Shown here: one piece after another, positions 51,379-62,500 of the stretch | Layout: the number at the start of each line of letters is the position of its first letter | Numbering within the stretch: the stretch's first letter is position 1 | Assembly: GCF_048593235.1 (NCBI RefSeq) | Contig: NC_133617.1 | Coordinates: 13,149,607-13,213,606, forward strand | Length of the DNA stretch: 64,000 nucleotides | Source of the DNA: Sminthopsis crassicaudata | Taxonomy: Eukaryota | Direction: 5' to 3' | The notes under the pieces: generated by a model | What the model was told of the DNA's origin: nothing | Seen by the model: the letters and a program-made list of their open reading frames with translations, nothing else | The model's database searches: none | Translations under genes and position numbers: made by a program

Positions 51379-51801
51379 CTCCCTGGCAGCTAAGGAGCCT
51401 GGGACAGCAAAGGCGGGAAGTCAGGGGTGGGAAGAGGACTCTCAGGCGGAGGAGGCTTTGGGGGGAGGGAGGAAGGGGTGCTCTCTGAGATGGGAGGGGC
51501 TCCTCCAGAAGGGCTGGGCTGGGGGGGGGGCGCCCAGGGAAGGGAATATTGGGGGCGGGGCTCCTCTAAGAGGGCGGGGCTCCCAGGTGAGAGCAGGTGC
51601 TCCCTGAGGTGGGAAGGGCGATCCCAAAGATGGGGGTCTAGATTCCTCGGTTGGGGGGGCCCTCTTGGGGGGAGGTAAGGATCCCAAGGGAAGGGGCGGG
51701 GCCGGAGGTGGGGGAGGGGAGCGAAGGGGCGGGACCCAGGTGGGCTGTAAACCCCGAGGTCTGAAGGGGGAGGGGGATCCCGAGCCGTCCCTCGGACTCA
51801 C

Positions 51802-51990
51802 CCGCTTCCGGCAGCGCTGCTGCAGCTCTCGGAACTGTTCCCGCAGCTCCTGCCCCCGGAGCACCGGCCTCGGCGCCTTAGATTCGCTGCCGCTCCCAGC
51901 CGAGTAAAAGCTGCCCGCCCGGACGTCTCCATGGCAACGGCGTCTCCACGTCCGGCGTGTGCGGGGGGAGGAAAACGAGCCACCGGAAAT
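51802..51990 (-). other. CCDC157: Probable non-coding first exon of CCDC157 (5' end approximate)
   Basis: Consensus donor CGG|GTGAGT at 51801 inside the CpG island; in-frame TAA upstream, so the main ATG is at 50361. Confidence 0.65.
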
Positions 51991-52130
51991 CTAGGGGCGG
52001 GACCGGAAGCACGCAGCCCCGCCTCATTCTAGGCGGGCCGCCGCCATCTTGTGAGCGCCCGGCTCGGCCCGGACGCAGCGTCGCTCGCGCCTAGACCGCC
52101 GTTAGAGCCACAGCCCCCAGCGCCGCAGAC

Positions 52131-52193
52131 ATGCCGGCAGGACCGGTGCAGGCGGTGCCGCCGCCGCCGCCCGTTGCCACGGAGCCCAAGCAG
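52131..52193 (+). CDS. SF3A1: SF3A1 exon 1
   Basis: MPAGPVQAVPPPPPVATEPKQ|GTAGGC. Confidence 0.97.
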
Positions 52194-53543
52194 GTAGGCG
52201 GTTGACGGCCGGGGAAAGCCCTCTGCCCCGTCGGGCCCTGTCAGCTGTTGAGGGGAGGGAAGGGGAGAGGGACGGAGGCCTTGGGCCGCCATGACAGGCA
52301 GGGAGACGGACTACAGCCCCCAGGAGGCGGGGCCGCGCCGCGTGGCAATCTGGGAGCCAGCTCTCGAGGCCGGGGGCGGGGCCTGCTCTCGGTGGGACGC
52401 TCTGGAACCCACAGGTGCCAGCCCCGGCCCGCGCCCGCACCGGGCGGCCCCCTGCAGGCCGTGGCGAGGCGCCTCTTGTCTGCTGGCCCGTCTGTCGTGG
52501 TTCGGTCGTGACCCCATCCGGGGTTTTCTTGGCAAAGACGCCGGAGCGGTGCCATGTAAAGGGGAACGGGACCAAGTGGCTTAACCTGGGTCAAACAGCT
52601 CCAGGTGCTTAGGGGCTTTGAGTCTCCCTGACTCCAGGCCTGGCACTTTACACTGCCGCTCCCTCAGAACCACTCCTCCCCGGCAATCCTGCATCCCCCG
52701 CCCCTTTTCCATCCCGGGAGTGCTCCCGGCACTCCTCTACATCCTGTCCTGAATCTTAATCCCATCGGCCGCTTTCCCTCCCGGCCTGTACCGCGGCCCC
52801 TCCCCCCCATCCCGGTGACCCCGGGGCGCATCCTCCCTCCTTGGTGACCCCCGGGAAGCCATTGAGAGAGACAAAGAGAACACAAATCGCACCTGAATTT
52901 ACCTGAAACGGAATATAGTGGAGACCCCAAACAAAATGAAGACCACGTCCTCACCTGTTCTGACAAAGCTGTGCAAGCTTCATTGCTTAGTAAGAGAATT
53001 ACATTTTCTCAAGGAAAAGTGGAATTTCTAGAAGATTTTGGTTCTGATGTGAAGAAAACCAAAATGAAGGTTAAGGGAAAGCTCCATGAACTTATTCTGA
53101 AGGTGCTTCTCTAATAGAGAGAGGGGAGAGAGGGGAGGAAGAGGAGGGAGAAGTGCAAGGTTTTGCAAGGGCTTCTGGATGCTTATGATGAACATCAGAT
53201 ACTTTTCAGAGAACAGGGAAAGGGAAGCTGAAAAGGGTGCAGAAGAACCAGGTGAAAGGAGCACACCCAGAAGATGCAGCTTTAGCATCTCCTCAGATAA
53301 TTGATGGAGATATCCAAGCTGCAAATAATCCTAGTGCCTGGTACCCATACAATTGCCAGAATCCCTGGAACTACGGACAGTATAATCATGGACGATTGAG
53401 GGGGCGGGTGGAGGCCGGGTGAAACACAGGCCGAGTCCGGCGTGGGTGCAGACCGCGCGGAGTGAAGCCTCTATCGGTGATCGCTCTCACTCGTTCTTAC
53501 CTCTCCAGATGAGAAAAGGGAGCACTCTGATGGAAGGAAGTTC

Positions 53544-53578
<35 letters not shown>

Positions 53579-56500
53579 GCAAGCTCTCTACGGCGGGCAT
53601 TTGTGGCTTCTTAGTAATTGTCTTTTTTATCTGCTTTCTACCTGGAAGTGGCCGCTCTTTGTTGTTAATTCAGAGTTAAAGAAAAGGAAGGGAACGGAAG
53701 GGCAAACACCGCCTCCCCCACACCCCGCAGGCCACGCCTGACTCCGGACAGTTAGGGATTGATCCTTTTCTAGTTGTCCTCCGAGCGCTCGTTCCGCCTC
53801 TTCCTTCCCCAAAAGTTTGATCTGCCTGCTGCTTCCAGAATAAAATGATCATCAGGCTGGCATAACCCTTTCACAGAATCTGGCACCGGCCTGGAAAGGG
53901 GAAATGACCCGGGAAGTTGCGTTTTTGTCACGTGGCTACAAGGGACCCTTGTTGTTGAGCCCCCTCCCATCCTTTTTCTGTGCATGTTAAGAAGAATCTT
54001 TTTTGTTGACACACCAAAGCCCTTTCTTGTAAGAAACTCGTATAGTCCAAGCAAAACCCAGCCGCGCGTTGGTCCTCTGGAAAGCTCTGCCTCCGGACTG
54101 CTCTTTGCCGTTTCCTGCACGGCCATCGCCTTCCTGCCCTTTGTCTCCCGGGGCACGTTCCTCCTCCCCACCGATGCTCGAAGTGAGCACGTCCTTGAAG
54201 GCTCCGTGATCCCCCTCCTCCCAGAAGACTTTCTGCTGTCCTCCCCCACTCCTTTGAGTTTCTCCGGGAAGGTTTTTCCATCTAATAGCGCTGCACGAGT
54301 CACCCCCCATTCCCCTGCGGACAGGGCAGACATCGCCCCAGCGCTTGACACAAAACCCCCAGGGACGTTTGCTGGATCGAATCCCGTTGGGCACTCTCTC
54401 CTCTGGCCGGGACCTTGGGGACCCCTTTCCTCCACTCTCTCGGAGCTTTTGAGGCCCCTCCCCCACCCCATCCTCTGCCATCCCCTTTCCTTGGCCTCGG
54501 CTGTCCCCAACATCAGGCCTGTGAGCCCCGGGTCCTGGGGGCAGTGTTCCAGCTTCAGTGTTTGGCCTTCTGGTGGGTGACCTGGATTCCTCTAAGTGCT
54601 GACTGCTGTGACCTCCTTGCCCCCCGGGGCCTTTCCCACGGCTGCTCCAGCGCCACGCGTCGGTCCTGGGGGGCCCATCTCCCCTCGTGGCCAGCTCGCA
54701 GCCACACGTTGCTCCTGGAAAACCGTAGGAGCGACGTGGTCAAGACGCTGTCTCCCGCCCGGCCACGGCTTTCCCCGGTGGGGCGGCGCCTTTGCAGTTC
54801 CCAGGGGCAGTGGGTGATTGGATCTGACCGTGCCCGCGAGTGGCCGCTCTCGGCCAGCAGGAGGCGTCCGGCCCTGCAGAGCCGGGAATCCTGCCTCGGT
54901 GTGGCTGGTCCTTGGCGGCCGCCCAGCTGACTAGAGATGGGCTCGTGTCTGCCAGGGCCTCCTCAGCGCCGGCCCAGCGGGCACCTGATGTTTGTGGAAT
55001 GGTGTAATTGAGTCCCCGGGGGCAGGAACACATCTGGTGAGCTAACAGGCCGCCTCATGTTAAGACTCAGTCTCTTGGGGTGACTCTGAAAGGAGGACTC
55101 AGAGTCCTCAGCCCTCCTGGGCAGCTTCCTCTGGAGCAGAGACCCTGGTTTTACTACATTTTGGGCCCCCCAGGGCTCAGCCACTACAGATGTCTAATAA
55201 ATTGCAAGCCTCCTTGGGCACCCCTCACAGGAGACCCAGGCTCCCCCTCCCTATCGTCCCCCACAGAACTTGTCCCCTAATATTTCCCTCGAGTAAATGG
55301 GGGCCAAGGCCCCTCTATTCTCACCCCAGAGTAAGGAGTGGGATCATGGGGGCTCTTGTCCCGCTCTTTGGGCCTGAACAATGAGTCGGTGCCTCGTCCC
55401 CACAGCCTCCCTGCCGGCAAGTCCTCCCGGCTGTGTCTTCACTGGCGAGCACAGTGGCAGTGGGGTTCTGGAGCAGACTGGGGGGCCCTCGGGGGGGGGC
55501 AGCATAGGTGCCGTGGGCCCTCGTGGGTCGCCCTTTCAGGGGGGGCCTGGCCTTTGTCTCTAATACCATCCTGAGCCTCCTGCCCCTAGGAAGTCAGCCT
55601 TCCATACGGGAGAGTTCATTGGAGGAAAGACACAGTCCTGGCAGAAAAGTGGAAGGAGGAAGTGGGGAGAGCGGGGGGGCGGCCATGTCTGCTGGGGCAT
55701 GGGGGGAGACGGAATGGAGAAGAGCGGGGCGGAAGGGGGAGGGAAGGGAGGAGTTTTGTTCACGAGAGTTTTGCTAAGGTTCCCCAGTATGTCACACAGG
55801 TCCCCCCAACGCATCCCCATGGGGACAAGGGGGGAGCCAGCTGCTCCTGCCCTCAGAGGTGCTGAAAATGGGCAGTGAGCGCCTCAGGCCTGCACACGCT
55901 TCAGCTTTCCGCCCATTTCTGCAAGGTGTTACCGTTGCCTTTTCTAATGAGAGTTCTGTTAGTGCCCTGCACCTGTTTAGTGACCAGAGAAGAAGCGTTT
56001 TTTAAGCACCTACTGTGTGCAGTTAACATCTCATAGAAAACCTCACGGAGTGTGGCTTGGGGGAGTGTCCGTCAGCATTAGGTCAGAGTGACCTGGGGGC
56101 AGCTGGGGCACAGGGGAGGGCGCCCCGGCTCGGAACCTGGAAGGCTGAATCCAGCCTCAGGCATTCCTAGCTGTGTGACCCTGGTCAGGTCACTCACCGT
56201 TTGCCTCAGCTCCTTATCAGGAGAAGGAAACGGGGACCAGTGCCCTGGTGTGGTCCTGACTGACCACAGAAAGTGGACCGTGCCGTGGCCATGGCCAGGG
56301 TGGCAGATGGGGAGGGCGCTGGAGCAGAGCAGAGAGAGAGAAAGAACCGGGGGTGGGAGGGACATGGCTCTGGGGCAGAATTGAGGGGGGGGGATTTAGG
56401 TGCAGTGTCTTAACAGCTCTGCAAGTGGGAGGCCTGGCCTGGAGAGGCAGAGCTGGCCTAGCAGCAGGGAACCCAGTGCTCCCCCTCCCCCCGGGGCAGC

Positions 56501-59500
56501 TCCCTCCTTGCTCACCCTCTCTGTCCTTGCAGCCCCCAGAAGAAGAAGCTTCCAAGGAGGACTCTACTCCCTCCAAACCCGTTGTGGGGATCATCTACCC
56601 GCCTCCCGAGGTTCGGAATATCGTGGACAAGACCGCCAGCTTTGTAGCCAGGTAGGTGGTGCACCCCCACGTTGGGTAGCTCGGGGTCCTTCGTGGCATC
56701 GCAAGGGTCACTGCGGTGCAATTGTGTGAGAGGCTTCCTGCGGCCGCCGGGGGGGGGGGGGGTGAACGTGTATGATTAAGTGCAGTTATCGAGATGGGAA
56801 AGACATTCCCAGACTGCGGATTCTGAGCCCCGAGCTTGGTCACAGCTCATGAGAATGGGGGACTGCGGGGGAAGTGCCGGGGCTTTGTTCTTTGGCTGCT
56901 CGGCCCCAGCGGGAGCCTCGAGGCCCATGGTGGAGTCGGGGGAGCCCTGATGGGAGCAGCGGCCTCGGCCCCAGTGTGGCGCCTCTGGTCCTGGGCCGGC
57001 TGTGCGGAGCTGCACAAGGAGCGGGATGGGGGCGGGGAGAGAGTGAGAGAGACCCCGAGACAGCGAGAAGGGGCCAGGGCCCTTCTAGGACCGGGGCTGA
57101 CCAGCATCCTGCCCCCCTCGGCCGTTCAGGGCAGCGGGTCACCCCTGTGTTTTCCCTGGTGCTCCCGGTGTGCCTGGCACTGGGCTCCCCCGAGTCTCCT
57201 TACCCCCGGCCCCCCCCTCGGGGCCTGCAGCTCCCTGGGCTCGGCGGGTGACCCCCTCCTCCTTTCCCAGGAACGGCCCGGAGTTTGAAGCTCGGATTCG
57301 GCAGAATGAGATCAACAACCCCAAGTTCAACTTCCTCAACCCCAACGACCCGTACCATGCCTACTACCGGCACAAGGTCAGCGAGTTCAAGGAGGGGAAG
57401 GCGCAGGAGCCCTCGGCCGCCATCCCCAAGGTCATGCAGCAGCAGCAGCAGGCCTCCCAGCAGCAGCTGCCCCAGAAGGTACGGCCAGCCCTGTCCCACG
57501 GGGAGCCAGGAGAAGGGCCCCCCTCGGGGGAGGGGTGATGGGGGAGGTCGGGGCGGCCTCCAGAGCCCTGGGGCTTAGGGACCGTTTGCTCTTGTAGCTA
57601 CGGTAATGCTGTTGGCGTTGGGAAAGCCGGGTATAGACCAGCCCCAGCCCTTGTGCGTTGTATAGTCTGAGCCTTGTAAAATGGGGAGCCTCCCCCCCTT
57701 GTTTGGGGTCAGGAGTGTGAGCCACGTTTTCTGGCTCTGGAGCCCATTTGTCATGAGTGAATGAAGAGCCCTCGTGTGTATCAGGGACGTGCCCCGGGCA
57801 CAGTGGGGGCCCACGGAGTGGTGGCGCCCGGCCCGAGCGGGCACTTGAACCTTGCCTGGGGCGCAGGGACCCTGAGCGCTCGGTCCCTCTCAGCACTGAG
57901 TAGTCGCTTTGCCAGAGTGTCCAGAACCTCTCCCTGGGACGCTGCCAGGACAGAGCCTGAATCCAGGAACTGCCCCCACGGCTGCCCACTCAGAACTGGC
58001 TGCTGCGCTCTTCCTCCAGCTTGGCCTTGTTTTTTTTGCCTTGTGGCTGTCAGCACGCAGGCAGCTGGGGGCATGTCTGAGAAGAGAGCCCAGCCCCCAC
58101 ACCACAGTGTGGCAGACTTTGTGGTAGCCACCCCACAGGGGCCTCCCAAAGCAGGAGGTCCCGGGCTGGCCCAGCGTGCCCCGTGGGGTCCCTTCGCCTC
58201 CCGGCCCCAGCTTCTCTCTGTGAATAATGAGACTTTGGGGGCCATTTGAGGCAGATGGGGCGAAGGGACTTGTCCAGAGTCACACTGAGCTAGTGGCTGA
58301 GGCTAGATTTGAACTTGGGACCTTTCTTTCGCCATTGCTGCCCATATGAGGGGAGGGTTGTAAGAAAACTCCATTGCTGTGTGAGGCCCCAGAAATGAGG
58401 CTGTGCCCGCTGTTTGGGGCGTGAGTGCCCACATCGGCATCGGGCTCTTCTCCCCCTCCACACAGGTCCAGGCCCAGGTGATCCAGGAGACCATCGTGCC
58501 CAAGGAGCCTCCCCCAGAGTTCGAGTTCATCGCTGACCCCCCCTCCATCTCGGCCTTCGACCTGGACGTGGTGAAGCTGACCGCTCAGTTTGTGGCCCGC
58601 AACGGGCGCCAGTTCCTGACCCAACTGATGCAGAAGGAGCAGCGGAATTACCAGTTTGATTTCCTGCGTCCCCAGCACAGTCTCTTCAACTACTTCACCA
58701 AGCTGGTGGAGCAGTATACAAAGGTGCCCGCTCACCGGGGCAGGGGGACCTCATAAAACGTGAGGAGGGAGAGAGACCCGCCCTCTGGGGGAGTCGGTCA
58801 GTGTCCTCGCTGAGGCACCCCAGCACCGCTGCCTCCCCCCCCACACATACACACTCTAGTGGAGTGCACCTGGGCAGGTGGAAACAGGACACACAGGGGC
58901 CGGGGAGGATGCCCGGGAGGGTGCCTTGGGCTTCTGTCGCCCGAGGGATTGGGGGCCACACCGAGGACCTAGCAAAGAGATCCTCTTAAATGAGGCTGGT
59001 GGGGCGGGCCAGGTGAGACTGAAGAGCCTAACGGGGCGGGGCGTGTGCTGGAGGCATCACTGGCCACAGACTGAAGTGGGGCGGCTCCTGGGAGGATGAA
59101 CTGCCAGGGCCAAAGTCTGAGCCCAGGAGGAGGGAGGGCCGAGCAAGGGCCTGAGAGGGGGCAGGGATGCTGTGAAGGGGTGCGGGAACTGTGGGGAGCA
59201 GAGGCCAGGGTGGAGACACTGGGGCTGGGGGAGCCCGAGAGAGAAGCACAGAGAGAATCAGATCCAAGATAGAAGATTAGTGAGAGGAGAGAGACAGAAA
59301 GGGAGGAGAGATAGAGAGACAGAGAGAGGGGAGAGATAGTGACAGAGATGGAGACAGAAAGGGAGGAGAGATAGAGAGACAGAGAGAGGGGAGAGATAGT
59401 GACAGAGATGGAGACAGAAAGGGAGGAGAGATAGAGAGACAGAGAGAGGGGAGAGATAGTGACAGAGATGGAGACAGAAAGGGAGGAGAGATAGAGAGAC

Positions 59501-62500
59501 AGAGAGAGGGGAGAGATAGTGACAGAGATGGAGACAGAAAGGGAGGAGAGATAGAGAGACAGAGAGAGGGGAGAGATAGTGACAGAGACGAAGACAGAAA
59601 GGGAGGAGAGAGAGAGACAGAGAGAGGGGAGAGATAGTGACAGAGACGGAGACAGAAAGGGAGGAGAGAGAGAGACAGAGAGAGGGGAGAGATAGTGACA
59701 GAGATGGAGACAGAAAGGGAGGAGAGAGAGACAGAGGGGAGAGATAGTGACAGAGACGGAGACAGAAAGGGAGGAGAGATAGAGAGACAGAGAGAGGGGA
59801 GAGATAGTGACAGAGACAGAAAGGGAGAGAGGAGAGACGGGAGACAGAGTGAATGTTGGGAAGAAGAGAAGCTGCCCCAGGCCCGAGCTGTTTGGGACAT
59901 GATGGGGATGATGCTCCTGTGGAGGAGACCCTGGGTAACCATGTCCCCAGCCTGAGCTGATGGGGGGCAGACAGAGAAAGGTTTCAGAGGCAGCTTCGGG
60001 CAGGGGACGAGCCCCCCTCGGGGCCGGCCTGCCTGCGGGTATGGGGATGAGGTGAGCGAGTGGGCTCTGAGGGCTGCCCAGGGGGAGCCTTGAGGTTTTA
60101 TCCTGGAACAGGTGGAGTGTCAGAGCCGAGGAGAGACACAGATGCCAGCGAGTCTGGAGCAGAGTCAGGCCTCCTGGGCCCCGCCCTCCCCTCCATCCCC
60201 ACCTCTGCCTGGCGGCTCACCACTCCGCATTGCCCATCAGGCAGGAGGTGTTGGATGGGCCTTTCTTGGTGACCACAAAGCTCTGCCTCTGGGGACTACT
60301 TACTTATCTGGGTGTCCACACTTAGATGTTGAAAGTCCGGCTGCTCCATCCAGGACCCCCTCCCCCAAAAGCCCTGAGAGTCGGTTGTCCAGAGACTGTC
60401 TGGACCTCTCCCGGGAGCTTGGGACCCAAATCTGCTTCCTGGGCGTCAGGAGCCAGGCGGGCCCTTTTGCCATTAAGCCACTAGCCCTTGTCCCACCCCT
60501 CATGACTCCATTAGTGACTCTTTGACCCTGCCTGTGTTTCAGATCTTGATTCCGCCCAAAGGCTTATTCACAAAACTTAAAAAGGAGGCAGAAAACCCCC
60601 GCGAAGTTTTGGACCAGGTAAGCCAGGGATGGCTTGTTTGGGGGAGGGGCTGGGCCCAGAAGGAGCTTTTTAGCTGGTGACCAGAGGGCTCTGGGAGGCT
60701 CATAGGACGCTGCTCCTCGGCTGATAGCTCCCCGTCTGCACAGTCTGGGGTTCCCCATAGGGCCGTGGATGCCCCCCACCTTACAGAGGTGACCTGAACG
60801 TCTGTGTGGTCAGCCGCCTGGCTTCTGCCTCACTGCTCCCCATATTGGGCCATGATTAAGGCCTGGAAAGGGCCCGGCACGGGCTTCTGCAGGCTCTCGA
60901 ACCCAGACCAGGAAGTGCCATGGCAGGTCCTGGGAGGGGGGAGAGGGGCAGCCCCAGAAGCCATTCTCTGGCTTGGCTGGGCATACTACGTGTCATCTCC
61001 CCATTAGAAGGGGAGCTTGAGGGCAGTTCCTGTGGTTGCCGTCTGTGCCCTGCATCCAGTAAGGATGTGACGGGGCTTTATTCGTGTCCTGGGGTTCATG
61101 CTGAAGAGCGGTCTTCCCTCTCGCCCCGGGAAGCAGATGTGGGAGGACTGGGATCAGAGAGGGAGGGGCCAATTTCGGGCCTCATGAACGGGCCTCCTGG
61201 TGTGGCGCAGCATCCCCTGACCCTCGTCACCTCCAGGCTTTCTCTCTGGCATGGAGGGGACGGAGATCTGTGCCGGGTCTCTAGGTTGGCAGCACCCTGC
61301 CCTCTGTCCTCTGTCCCCCGGGCTGGAGGCTCCGGACCCTCCTCTACAGAGCAGTCCTAATAGAGGACTGTTTGTGGAGCTGCTCCCTCTGTGGTCAGCC
61401 GCGAGCGGGCTTCCTCTGGTGGCCGTGGTAATGCTGGCCGGCCCTCTCCGGGCCCTGCTCCATCATCCTGACTTATCTCGTGCTTCCTCCTCCAGGTCTG
61501 CTACCGGGTAGAGTGGGCCAAGTTCCAGGAGCGCGAGCGGAAGAAGGAGGAGGAGGAGAAGGAGAAGGAGCGTGTGGCCTATGCCCAGATCGACTGGCAC
61601 GACTTTGTGGTGGTGGAAACCGTGGACTTCCAGCCCAACGAGCAAGGTGGGCCGGTCCCCCCCAGAGAAGCCCCGGGGTCTTGGCCGGCTCAGCTGTCAG
61701 GCTGAAAGCACGGCCTGGGGAGTACTGGGCTCATCCCAGGAGGACGGCTGAGTTAACTCGAGGGCTTCCTTCTCCCAGGAAACTTCCCGCCTCCCACCAC
61801 CCCGGAGGAGCTGGGCGCCCGGATCCTGATCCAGGAGCGCTACGAGAAGTTTGGGGAGAGCGAGGAGGTGGAGATGGAGGTGGAGTCCGATGACGAGGAC
61901 CAGAAGCAGGAGAAGACCGAGGAGCCGCCGTCGCAGCTGGACCAGGACACCCAAGTGCAGGACATGGACGAGGTAGCTGTGGGCCTCCCGCCGGGGCGCC
62001 CCTTCCCAGTGTCCCCGGAGCTTTAACCACGTGCTGTCTCCTCGACTGCGCTGCCCGGGGGAGCCCATGCCGCCAGCAGCGAGCGGGCCCCTGGCTGTGG
62101 GAATCGGCTTCTCCTCTGCCTCCCAGCCCTTCCCCCACCCAGAGCTCACTCTGAGAGGCCCCATTGAAGCCCGCCCGGTGCCAACTGCTGGAAATGCTGC
62201 AGGGATGTTTGCACCCCGAGCCCCACTGTTCCCATTCACTGAGAGAGAAAGCCGCTTGGCCCGGCGCCCGTTGGCTCCTGCTTGAAGAGGGAAGCTCAGC
62301 TCCCGGCAGCTCCTCGAGCCAGGGCCTCCCCCTGGCCCAGGGAGCACCAGGGCCAGCTGAGAGCTCAGCTCGGCCTCGGGCCCCCGGGAGAGCACAGACC
62401 ATCAGCCAGGCTTCTCTTCCCAGGGTTCTGATGATGAAGAGGAGGGCCAGAAAGTTCCTCCTCCTCCAGAGACCCCCATGCCCCCACCACTGCCGCCAAC

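Larger units (their letters stand above)
51780..52200. promoter_or_regulatory. Bidirectional CpG-island promoter shared by CCDC157 and SF3A1
   Basis: RFX X-box GTCTCCATGGCAAC 51925-51938; ETS cores CCGGAA 51983-51988 and CCGGAAG 52003-52009; GC box 51994-52001; YY1 CCGCCATCTT 52041-52050; only 329 nt from the CCDC157 exon-1 donor to the SF3A1 ATG. Confidence 0.85.

Noticed and set aside
59277-59942. 221-aa Ser/Leu/Pro-rich ORF
   Set aside because: Antisense translation of the 60-bp repeat
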